Shown here piece by piece: positions 21,064 through 29,761 of a stretch of DNA of 64,000 nucleotides. The notes under the pieces are model-generated. The model made no database searches. It saw nothing but the letters and a program-made list of their open reading frames with translations, and had not been told where the DNA came from. The position numbers and the translations under genes were made by a program. The DNA is taken from assembly GCA_963806185.1 (NCBI GenBank), contig CAWDXE010000001.1, positions 736,001-800,000 of the forward strand, written 5' to 3'. Source of the DNA: an uncultured candidate division Zixibacteria bacterium (lineage in GTDB: Bacteria; Zixibacteria; MSB-5A5; GN15; FEB-12). How positions within the stretch are numbered: the stretch's first letter is position 1; every line of letters begins with the position of its first letter.

Positions 21064-22304
21064 TCACAACGCAATGCGCAGCGATGGGTCGGCTGTTCCG
21101 ATAGCTGCATTGTAAGTTTCAAACAGTCGATCCGGCGCCGCGAGTAACGCAATGGCCGGCTGTTTGTCGGTGCCGTTCTTGCTGATCGTTCGAATCATCC
21201 ACCACCCTAGCGTATAGACCATCGATGGCCGGTCCATGGCGCGCTGTCGCACGGCCGTCTCCAGATCCTCGACCTTCGAGCATCTCGGTGCAGGTGGTCC
21301 CGAAGTTGTTCCATCGCCAACTCATGGTAGCTCCTCCCCATCCACTCCCGGAACGCTATCGCTTGCGTAGAATCCACCTTGACCGTCGCCAACCGCTCGT
21401 TGAGCTGCGCTATCCAATTCCGCACTACCTGACTGTCTTCGAACACTTCCTTTTGCGATGGCGACAAACCGTCAATTTGCTTCGCGATACCTTCCGATAC
21501 GATCCCCCGCTGAACAACGGACAAGACCCCTTGATAGTCGTTCGAACGGGTAGCGCGCGGGACATATTGCACGGCGAATATGTGATGCAGCTCATGTCCA
21601 ATGATCGGCTCCATCACATCCGCACCGACACTATCGAGATTGTCCAGCCCCGGTGACTGATGACTGAACACTGCGCCGTAAAGATCGAACCCGACCTTTC
21701 CCTGGTGCGCAAACGCGTCGCCATTGCCGTCGTAGAAGAAATAGATCTCAGGGGTAGTGAATTCGCCGGCAGGGAGCCACGGCGTTGCCAGGTTCCGGCA
21801 CCGTTCCATATCGATCTTCGGAATCACTTCCCTGACCCACTTCGCAACTTTGTCCCGCTTCCGGCAAAGGAGCAGCAGGTTGTTAGCGATACTGGCTGGA
21901 CCATCGATTGCGACGAAAGGAAGGTGCAGTAGCATGTCCCGGTGAACCTCGGGAGTCACATTCCGAAAATGCGAGTAGTACACCTGGTAAGTCGGGGAAT
22001 TTAGCAGCGTATCGATTGCTTTCTGCAAGGAGAGATCTTGTCGGTTCCTTGACGCCGGCGCCTCGGCCGCTGCAACTCGTACCCCTTCCGGCAACGTAGC
22101 CAGACTGTCAGAGACCCGTTCCCACCCCGGATTATGGGCCAGCAGCGTGTCCACCACCGCCAACAACAGGCTCACCCCGTCGCTGTGGAGCTTTGTCTGA
22201 CTCTGATCCGGAACTGAATTCGAACAGGCACATGACACCAAGATGCCGATCATCACGGAAATCACGATCCTCTTGATCAACCGTATTGCTTCAACTGCTC
22301 TCAT
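21064..22304 (-). CDS. Putative Zn-dependent lipoprotein protease (DUF5700-like), frameshifted near 21270-21290
   Basis: Lipobox-like VSCACS; HELHH...SEGIA gluzincin pattern; C-terminus continues in ORF 21064..21252 (VYTLGWWM). Confidence 0.65.
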
Positions 22305-22561
22305 ATTACACTCCGGCTCCCCCTCCTATGATGAGCCATACTCATGGCGGGTTGCAACGACTTTTTAAGACTCGTTCGTCTTCGCCGCCAGAAGTATCTA
22401 TACGGATTTGGTGCTGTTTCTGACTCGAGGTGTTGAACAGATCAAATCCAGTCGTTAACGATCAATTCCTCTCGTTCAGTACGACTCGCCTTGATTCTGT
22501 CGATAACTGTGCATAGTATAGGGATGAACAACATGCACGTTCTGGAGCTGAGAGATTTTCT

Positions 22562-23953
22562 ATGCAGACTATACACGATCCACACGACGCCATAAATTCT
22601 CGCATCGTCAAGCCAGGCAGCCGGATATACATGTCCGGCAATGCCGCCACCCCGCAGGTGATAACTAAAGCGCTCGGCGCGGACCACACGGTAAACGGCC
22701 TTGACCTCTATGTCGTTCTTCCGCTCGGTGATGGCATAAAGGAACTCTATTCCCGCGAACGGTGTCAGGGAATCACCCATCGCGTCATTTTCAACAGTCA
22801 ATGGACGCGCGACGCTATCAACAACGGCTGGGCATACTACCACCCCACTCACCTCTCCGAACTTCCCCGGACCATTCGCTACCACTTCAAGCCAAGTGTC
22901 GTGTTTGCCTCCGTAAGCGGACCCGATCGCGGCGGACGGTATTCGCTGGGGACGACTGTCGAGGGTGTACTGCGTGCGATCCACGAAGTCAAGCGCGCCG
23001 GTGGCGTGGTCATTGCGGAGAATAACCGGCAAATGCCATTCGTCCTGGGTACCACCATCGACGAATCTTCGATCGACTACATGATTGATGTCGACTATCC
23101 ACTTCCTCAGGCCCCGTTTCAACACCCCGATGATCAGGCGAAGCGCATCGGCGAAATTATCGCTGCGCTGTATGTCAAGGACGGACGGGGAACGACAGCC
23201 GGCTCGACTTTGCAGTACGGAATCGGCGAGGTACCGGAGGCAGTCACCGACGCCATCCTTCGCCTCGGGTACGGCGACCTGGCTATTCACACAGAGTTGT
23301 TCGCCGACGGCATGGCGCGCCTTGTACAAAAGGGCGTGGTAACGAACAGATGGAAGACCAATCTGAATTTCTCCGTCTCGTCAATATTTCTCAGCGAGTC
23401 GCAGGCTGGGTATGATTGGATGTCGTACAACAGCGCCGTTCAGAGCCGGCCGAGCAACTACACCAACTCGGTTTTCAAGATTGCCGAGCTACCGAACATG
23501 GTGGCGATCAATAGCGCGATCGGTGTGGATCTTCACGGCAACATTTGGGCGGATTCGCTCGAGGCCCGCAAGATTTACAGCGGCGTCGGCGGTCAGGCCG
23601 ATTTTATCCGCGGCTCGCAGTACTCCAAGATAGGGGTGGCGATCATTGCGCTGAAATCCTCGACGAGTGACGGTATCTCCAAGGTGGTCGACCGTTCGCC
23701 GGCCGGCATCACGACGACCGCTATTCCCTCAGACCAGGTTATCCTGGTGACCGAGCAGGGCGCTTTCGATCCGCGCGGCCTGAGCCTTGGTGAACGGGCG
23801 CTGGGCATCGCACATCTGGCTCGCCCGGAGGAACGCGATCGTCTGTTGAAGCTCGTGATGGACAATGCCGCGTATCACAAGTCGTCCACGGGCCACAGCG
23901 GTCGCATCCCCGGCTTCACCAGCTACGACGACGCGGTGAAGGGGAGGTACTAG
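22562..23953 (+). CDS. Acetyl-CoA hydrolase/transferase (4-hydroxybutyrate CoA-transferase-like)
   Basis: TLQYGIG; HTELFAD (catalytic Glu); INSAIGVDLHG; SGVGGQADF; VTEQG. Confidence 0.9.
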   Translation: MQTIHDPHDAINSRIVKPGSRIYMSGNAATPQVITKALGADHTVNGLDLYVVLPLGDGIKELYSRERCQGITHRVIFNSQWTRDAINNGWAYYHPTHLSELPRTIRYHFKPSVVFASVSGPDRGGRYSLGTTVEGVLRAIHEVKRAGGVVIAENNRQMPFVLGTTIDESSIDYMIDVDYPLPQAPFQHPDDQAKRIGEIIAALYVKDGRGTTAGSTLQYGIGEVPEAVTDAILRLGYGDLAIHTELFADGMARLVQKGVVTNRWKTNLNFSVSSIFLSESQAGYDWMSYNSAVQSRPSNYTNSVFKIAELPNMVAINSAIGVDLHGNIWADSLEARKIYSGVGGQADFIRGSQYSKIGVAIIALKSSTSDGISKVVDRSPAGITTTAIPSDQVILVTEQGAFDPRGLSLGERALGIAHLARPEERDRLLKLVMDNAAYHKSSTGHSGRIPGFTSYDDAVKGRY

Positions 23954-24084
23954 CGGTCGCACCGCCTTACGGGATTAAACCGCCTCTTTTGCCTGATGAC
24001 GATCTCTGCTCCTCCTCTTGACAATCACCATCAATTGACGTAGAGTCATAGAGCGATTATACCATTCTACGTTCGGAGGAGAGC

Positions 24085-24591
24085 ATGACGCGCTTGATCG
24101 GCTGTTGCATTCTGGCCTTCTTGGTTTGTGGTTTTTCGGTAGACGCCAGGGAGATAAAGCTCAAGAACACTTTCTTCGGGGGATGGAAATACTCTGTCGA
24201 TGGGGGCGACTTTCATAAAGTCGGCTGGACCGGTAAGACGCTTCGACTAGAGATGGAGGACAATCCAGAATCCGTCAAGCTGATTGATTCCTATCGCAAA
24301 TACAATCTCGCTGGCCAGATTATTGGTATACCCGGAGGGTTCTTGGTGGGCTGGGCGGCCGGATCTGCCATCGCCGGCAGATACAAAGACAGCGACAAAA
24401 CCTTACTCACAATTGGTGCTCCGTTGTGTGCCACCAGCATCGTGTTAGAATTGGTTGCGAACGGCAAACTGAAAAAGGCAATCAAAACGTATAACGACCC
24501 GGCCCCGGCAGTAACTCTTCGGACAGATGTTCAGATGCGAACAGTGAACGGTCACGCGACTGGATTTGCAGTACTCGCATTGGGATTCTGA
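24085..24591 (+). CDS. Hypothetical exported/membrane protein
   Basis: RBS ggagga; signal peptide; two hydrophobic segments; upstream TTGACA-17-TAGAGT. Confidence 0.7.
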   Translation: MTRLIGCCILAFLVCGFSVDAREIKLKNTFFGGWKYSVDGGDFHKVGWTGKTLRLEMEDNPESVKLIDSYRKYNLAGQIIGIPGGFLVGWAAGSAIAGRYKDSDKTLLTIGAPLCATSIVLELVANGKLKKAIKTYNDPAPAVTLRTDVQMRTVNGHATGFAVLALGF

Positions 24592-24620
24592 TCGAGTCAC
24601 GAATAACTGCACAACCACCA

Positions 24621-24666
24621 GAAAGCCCGGCACAGGGAGTTGACAATACTCTTGCGCCGGGCTTTC
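24621..24666. terminator. Long GC-rich hairpin, probable terminator between convergent genes
   Basis: gaaagcccggc...gccgggctttc 11-bp perfect outer stem with further inner pairing. Confidence 0.55.
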
Positions 24667-24714
24667 CGTTGAATTGGCACGTGGTGTCGGACCCCCGTGC
24701 CTGACACTATTCCC

Positions 24715-24766
24715 CCAATACTCATTGCGAGGAGCGCTTCCCAGCGCGGCGAAGCTATCTCGAATC
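24715..24766 (+). repeat. REP-like palindromic repeat, copy 1 at the GIY-YIG locus
   Basis: ccaatactcattgcgaggagcgcttcccagcgcggcgaagctatctcgaatc; 49/52 identical to 25207-25258. Confidence 0.9.
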
Positions 24767-24813
24767 TCTTGATCGCCGCTGAACAGTCGCTCTCTGAAGC
24801 CCTTCACTAGTGT

Positions 24814-25104
24814 CTACTTTCCCTCCAGAATCTCCGTGCCCAAATCCTCCCACGTTGGGTTCATCGCGTTCACCAGTGCGATCTTGTCGCTCCGTGATCC
24901 TCCCTTGAGTTGCTTTTCCCGAATAATCGCCTCTCGAAGGTCAGGCGTCTCCTCGAAGTAAACCAGCTTGTATACTCTGTATTTCTGTGTAAACCCGGCG
25001 ATCAACCCCTGTCGATGCTGAAGCAGGCGTGCCCGGATGTTCCTTGTCACACCCGTATAGAGGACGGTGTTTCTTGCGTTTGTAAGTATGTAAACGAATG
25101 GCAT
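24814..25104 (-). CDS. Small stand-alone GIY-YIG nuclease (96 aa, YhbQ/UPF0213-like)
   Basis: FVYIL...LYTGVT..R..QH...FTQKY...LVYFEE...AIIREKQLK...NPTWEDL; the longer ORF-track start (25284) only reads through the repeats. Confidence 0.9.
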   Translation of the reverse strand: MPFVYILTNARNTVLYTGVTRNIRARLLQHRQGLIAGFTQKYRVYKLVYFEETPDLREAIIREKQLKGGSRSDKIALVNAMNPTWEDLGTEILEGK

Positions 25105-25121
25105 AGAACCTCGCAGGCCTT

Positions 25122-25156
25122 GAGATTGCTTCGTCGCTTCGCTCCTCGCAATGAGT
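25122..25156 (-). repeat. REP-like repeat, inverted copy just upstream of the GIY-YIG start codon
   Basis: Reverse complement is actcattgcgaggagcgaagcgacgaagcaatctc: same arms as the direct copies with a shorter loop. Confidence 0.9.
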
Positions 25157-25206
25157 CCTTTGAGACTTCGACGTAGCCTCATGCCCCCGTGGGTCAAACC
25201 ACTAAG

Positions 25207-25258
25207 CCAATACTCATTGCGAGGAGCGCCTCCCAGCGCGACGAAGCAATCTCGAATC
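25207..25258 (+). repeat. REP-like palindromic repeat, copy 3 at the GIY-YIG locus
   Basis: ccaatactcattgcgaggagcgcctcccagcgcgacgaagcaatctcgaatc. Confidence 0.9.
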
Positions 25259-25508
25259 CCGCTACAACCTGAGACTCTCCCCACGCTCCCATTACTCTAT
25301 GGGAGTAGGTATAGTGTGTTTGTCCCGAGAGAATCTCCACCCCCCCACTGACACCTGCAGTCAGTCAAAATCGTCACATTTACCCCCCACTTGACTTATC
25401 CACAATAATTGCCGTTCTTGTCGCCAACCTAAAACGTTTCCTGATACCGTCCCGGTGGGAAATCCTCGCTCGCGCACAACTGCGCTTCGGACAGTTTCAC
25501 GAACAACT

Positions 25509-26789
25509 ATGAAAGACCACATGACAGCAGCTAAACTGTCCCCCGCCGGATTCTCCGGCCTCGGTATCGCTCCCGGCCTCATGGCCGCCATCGCTCGCCT
25601 CAACTTTGTCGAGCCCACCGCCGTCCAGCGCAAATCGATTCCGGTCGGTCTAGAAGGCAAGGACGTTATCGTCATCGCTCAAACCGGCACCGGCAAAACC
25701 CTGGCTTACGGCATCCCCCTCATTCAGCGCCTCGCCCAGATCAAGGGGCGCGGCCTCGTCCTGCTTCCCTCGCGCGAGCTGGCCATCCAGGTTGACGAAG
25801 CCCTCAAGTCGGTCGGCAAAGCCGTCGGCATGCGCTCGGCCCTTCTGATCGGCGGCGCCTCGATGAGTCTCCAGCGCACCGCCCTGTTGAAGCGTCCGCG
25901 CATTATCATCGCTACCCCGGGCCGATTGCTCGACCATATGCAGCATCGCACAGTTGACCTCACCGACGTTCGCATCCTTGTGCTCGACGAAGCCGACCGG
26001 ATGCTCGACATGGGCTTCGCCCCGCAGATCAATCGTGTGTTCGACGTAGTCCCAAAAGATCGTCAGACCATGCTTTTCTCGGCCACTATGCCGGGTGAAA
26101 TCGTACACATCGCGCAAAAGCGGATGAAACTTCCGATCCACGTCGAAATCGCACCGCCGGGCACAACCGCTGATAGAGTTGAACAGGAAGTCTTTTTCGT
26201 CGATCGCGAGAATAAGACCAGCCTGTTGGAAATCCTCTTGAAGGAATCTCCCGGCTCGACTCTTGTGTTCACCCGTACCAAGCATGGCGCTCGCAAGCTG
26301 ACACGCTCAGTGAAGAATATGGGCCACTCCGCCGCGGAACTCCACTCCGACCGCACCCAGGCCCAACGTCAGGCGTCGCTGGCCGGATTCAAATCGGGTA
26401 AGTATCGCGTATTGGTGGCTACTGATATCGCCGCGCGCGGTCTTGACGTCACCGGTATCGAGATGGTCGTCAACTACGATCTCCCAACCGAAACCGAGAC
26501 CTACGTCCATCGCATCGGTCGCACCGGCCGCGCTGGCCAACCGGGCCGCGCGGTGTCATTCGCGACCTTTGACCAACGCAGCGATATTCGCGATATCGAA
26601 CGCCTGATTCGCACTGCTTTGCCGGTCTCCAAGCTCCCCTCATCGCTCCCGGCGCGCACCCGTCTGGATCGGCCGGAAGACATTCGATCTCAGAATGTCC
26701 CCACGCGTGTTTCACCGCCCAGAGAACAACCGGCCTTCGGCCGCGCCGCTCGTCGCGACGGTTTCAAGAAGCGCCGCCAGATTCGATAG
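25509..26789 (+). CDS. DEAD-box RNA helicase (RhlE-like)
   Basis: Q motif PTAVQ; AQTGTGKT; PSRELA; TPGRL; DEAD; SAT; HRIGRTGRAG. Confidence 0.95.
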   Translation: MKDHMTAAKLSPAGFSGLGIAPGLMAAIARLNFVEPTAVQRKSIPVGLEGKDVIVIAQTGTGKTLAYGIPLIQRLAQIKGRGLVLLPSRELAIQVDEALKSVGKAVGMRSALLIGGASMSLQRTALLKRPRIIIATPGRLLDHMQHRTVDLTDVRILVLDEADRMLDMGFAPQINRVFDVVPKDRQTMLFSATMPGEIVHIAQKRMKLPIHVEIAPPGTTADRVEQEVFFVDRENKTSLLEILLKESPGSTLVFTRTKHGARKLTRSVKNMGHSAAELHSDRTQAQRQASLAGFKSGKYRVLVATDIAARGLDVTGIEMVVNYDLPTETETYVHRIGRTGRAGQPGRAVSFATFDQRSDIRDIERLIRTALPVSKLPSSLPARTRLDRPEDIRSQNVPTRVSPPREQPAFGRAARRDGFKKRRQIR

Positions 26790-26799
26790 ACATGTTATG

Positions 26800-27178
26800 C
26801 GTGGCGCACGTCTCGTGCGCCACGTTGTCCTTTTCCCCTGCCACATCATCACAAATCGTCATGCTGAAGCCGATTCAAATCGGCCTTCAGCATCTGCGTG
26901 TCCACCGAACTTTCGAACATGTCATTGAGAGGCTCACTTCCCCATAGATGTCATTGCGAGGCGCGCTTCGCGCCGTGGCAATCTTTCAGTTCACTTCACG
27001 TTGTCCGTCACCCTTCGCCTCCGCTCAAGATGAACTACGTCGAAGTGCGACTGTACAATTGCTTCCCCGCCCTCACCCCAACCCTCTCCCTGAAGGGAGA
27101 GGGAGCATAGATGCGTACCCCAGAGGTCACCGATTGACGAAGTGTATCTTGAGCAAAGCCGAAGGGCTCAGGCTGACA
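26800..27178. repeat. Mosaic cluster of at least five different short palindromic repeat units (BIME-like)
   Basis: Hairpin units at 26800-26824, 26857-26895, 26949-26992 and 27069-27103, plus an inverted pair at 27011-27035 and 27145-27178; four unit types recur at 63780-63967. Confidence 0.85.
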
Positions 27179-27212
27179 CAAGTGAATTCAACTTTAGCTT
27201 GAGAATGGGAAA

Positions 27213-28244
27213 TTAGAACCCAATATGCAGCGCTTTGATCAGGTAGAAACACCCCGCTGCAATCAACCCCGCCGCCGGAATCGTCAAAAGCCACGCCCAC
27301 ACGATGCGTTCCGCTACACCCCACTTGATTCCCGATAACTTCGTAGTACTGCCAACACCGATAATGCCGCCCGTTATCGTGTGCGTTGTGGAAACCGGAA
27401 TACCAAAATGAGTGGCACCGAAAAGCGTGAGTGCCCCGGCGGTCTCAGCACAAAAGCCGCCCACCGGCTTCAGCTTCGTGATCTTCATTCCCATCGTCTT
27501 GACTATCCGCCAGCCGCCCAATGCCGTGCCGACACCCATCGCCGCGTGACACGATAAAATGATCCAAAGCGTGTTCCACTCGGTGAGCGAAAGCTGGGTC
27601 CCTGGCCGCATCATGCCCCCGGCAATGAGCAGGGCCATGATAATGCCCATCGTCTTCTGCGCATCATTGCCGCCATGTCCCAACGAATATAGAGCCGCGG
27701 AGAATAACTGTGCCTTGCGAAATATCTTGTCTACTTCGGTCGGACGATACCTCCTGAACAGCCAATAAACTCCCACCATAATGGCGAAACCGAGCACCAG
27801 TCCAATGAGCGGCGCGAGCGGAATAAACTTGACCGTCTTCCAGATATTCTCCCAGTGAATGACGTCCATCCCCTTGTAGGCAAGACCGGCCCCGGCCACG
27901 CCGCCGATCAGCGCGTGCGACGAACTGGTCGGCAAGCCAAGCCACCAGGTGATCAGATCCCAGACTACTGCCCCCAACAATCCCGCGAGTACAACATACA
28001 CGTACACCGTGTCGGTGCCGTCTATCTGTACAATCTTCGCAATCGTATCGGCTACACGTGGCGCAAAGATGAACATCGCCACAAAGTTGAAAAATGCCGC
28101 CCACAGCACCGCCACACGCGGGCTGAGCACGCGCGTCGAGACAACTGTTGCTATCGAATTGGCCGCATCGTGAAACCCGTTGATCACGTCAAAAACCAGC
28201 GCGACGCCGACTGTACAAACGACTACAATCTCAACGGAACTCAT
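27213..28244 (-). CDS. pit: PiT-family inorganic phosphate transporter
   Basis: NGFHDAANSIAT, GLPTSSSHAL, HGGNDAQKTMG, GIPVSTTH. Confidence 0.95.
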   Translation of the reverse strand: MSSVEIVVVCTVGVALVFDVINGFHDAANSIATVVSTRVLSPRVAVLWAAFFNFVAMFIFAPRVADTIAKIVQIDGTDTVYVYVVLAGLLGAVVWDLITWWLGLPTSSSHALIGGVAGAGLAYKGMDVIHWENIWKTVKFIPLAPLIGLVLGFAIMVGVYWLFRRYRPTEVDKIFRKAQLFSAALYSLGHGGNDAQKTMGIIMALLIAGGMMRPGTQLSLTEWNTLWIILSCHAAMGVGTALGGWRIVKTMGMKITKLKPVGGFCAETAGALTLFGATHFGIPVSTTHTITGGIIGVGSTTKLSGIKWGVAERIVWAWLLTIPAAGLIAAGCFYLIKALHIGF

Positions 28245-28246
28245 GC

Positions 28247-28876
28247 TTAGGAAGCCTCAATGACAATACCCGATACAATGTTTGCCACTTCCTCACAACG
28301 GTCGGTGGCCCGCTCCAGCCGTTCAAAAATCTCTTTCCACTTGATCACCATCACCGGGTCCTTTTCTTCCTTGAACAGATGACCCAGGGCCGCCCGAAGA
28401 ATCTGGTCCGCCTGATTTTCCGCTTCGTAGACGGCTATGCAGTGTTTTTGTACCACCGAGCCGTCCTTATTGATCGAATCAAGATGGGTGATCGCACCAT
28501 CGATCTCCGTCGCGGCTCTCACCAGTGCCTCGGTAAACTGCTTGAACTCCGGCCTTACTTTCGACATCTCGTACAACGCCATGCGCGACGCCACCGAGTC
28601 GACCGAATCGACAATGTCATCCAGACGTTTGATCAGCCGATGAATATCAGAGCGATCGATCGGCGTGATAAACGTCCGGTGCAACGCGCCGATACACTCA
28701 CGCGTGATGTCGTCCGCCTGGTGTTCAATCTCTTTGATCCGATCCGCCCGGCGACCCATTTCACCTGGATTCGCCGCAAACGAATCAAGCTCCCGACAGG
28801 CCTCAATCGTTATCTTGGTGTGTCTCTGGAAATAGCCGAAAAAACTCGTTTCCCTGGGCAGCAGGCTCTTGAACAT
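28247..28876 (-). CDS. DUF47 (PhoU-like Pit accessory) protein
   Basis: IEHQAD, TFITPIDRSDI, ENQAD, LERATDRCE; directly upstream of pit. Confidence 0.9.
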   Translation of the reverse strand: MFKSLLPRETSFFGYFQRHTKITIEACRELDSFAANPGEMGRRADRIKEIEHQADDITRECIGALHRTFITPIDRSDIHRLIKRLDDIVDSVDSVASRMALYEMSKVRPEFKQFTEALVRAATEIDGAITHLDSINKDGSVVQKHCIAVYEAENQADQILRAALGHLFKEEKDPVMVIKWKEIFERLERATDRCEEVANIVSGIVIEAS

Positions 28877-28878
28877 GG

Positions 28879-29577
28879 TTACTCCTTCGTTTCCTTCCGG
28901 CCGGACTGACCATTTGGCTGGCGCTTCCCGTGACGGACAATGTCGCCCTCAACAAGATATATCACGTCTTCGGCGATATTGGTGGCATGGTCAGCCACCC
29001 GTTCGAAGTTGCGCGACACCGCCAGTAGTTGTATAAAGAACCGCACTCGCGACGGATCGTGCAAAATACCGTCCTGTACCTGCTGATACATCTGGCGATG
29101 AATCGCATCGATCTCATCATCAGCCGGTAATACTCGATAGGCCTTGGCCACATCGATATCGACCAGCGCGTCGATCGCCAGCCGCAACATCGTCTGCACC
29201 TTCTTGGCCATGGTCAGAAAGTCAAATGCGGTCTCGGCCGGCGCCTCGGTCGCCAACACCGCCGTCCGTTCGGCGATATTCACCGCCAGATCGCCGATGC
29301 GCTCAAGATCGTTATTGATCTTCATGACCGCGATGATATACCGCAGATCTCCCGCCACGGGCTGATGAAGCGCAAGTACCTTGAGACACTCTTCTTCGAT
29401 CTCAACCTCGCGTGCATCTATCTCACGGTCTTGTTCGATTACTTTGTTGGCCAGGGGGACATTTCGATCGGCGATGGACGTGACCGCCATGTGCAGAGAT
29501 TCCTCGACATAGGCGCTGAGCGACAATATAGATTTCTTCAGAAGCTCGAATTCACGTTCCAGATGTCGCGCCATCAT
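28879..29577 (-). CDS. phoU: Phosphate signalling protein PhoU
   Basis: LALHQPVAGDLR, DLERIGDLAVNIA, ERVADHATNIAE; RBS aaggag. Confidence 0.93.
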   Translation of the reverse strand: MMARHLEREFELLKKSILSLSAYVEESLHMAVTSIADRNVPLANKVIEQDREIDAREVEIEEECLKVLALHQPVAGDLRYIIAVMKINNDLERIGDLAVNIAERTAVLATEAPAETAFDFLTMAKKVQTMLRLAIDALVDIDVAKAYRVLPADDEIDAIHRQMYQQVQDGILHDPSRVRFFIQLLAVSRNFERVADHATNIAEDVIYLVEGDIVRHGKRQPNGQSGRKETKE

Positions 29578-29761
29578 GCCACTCCTTGTCGAGGCGTTGC
29601 GGCGAATATAACGAGACACCCGGCAGGGGTAAAATGAATTCCTCACTCCGCTAAAACAATGTCCGAATGTGTAAATCGTGTGGATAACCCGGAGAAAGTC
29701 GACTGCCGCCGACAACGCCAATATCAACTATGCCGTAAGAACTTACGACCGGATGGCCGGG

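Noticed and set aside
24715..25258. Repeats as a mini CRISPR array or IS terminal inverted repeats
   Set aside because: Copies are in mixed orientation with irregular spacing, there are no cas genes or recognisable transposase, and family members are dispersed like REPs.
25105..25284. 60-aa N-terminal extension of the GIY-YIG ORF
   Set aside because: It is a translation of the palindromic repeats (DCFVALGGAPRNE, IARSEATKQS); family similarity starts at MPFVYIL.
26695..27324. Short ORFs between the helicase and pit
   Set aside because: They are translations of the repeat mosaic, with no recognisable protein motifs.
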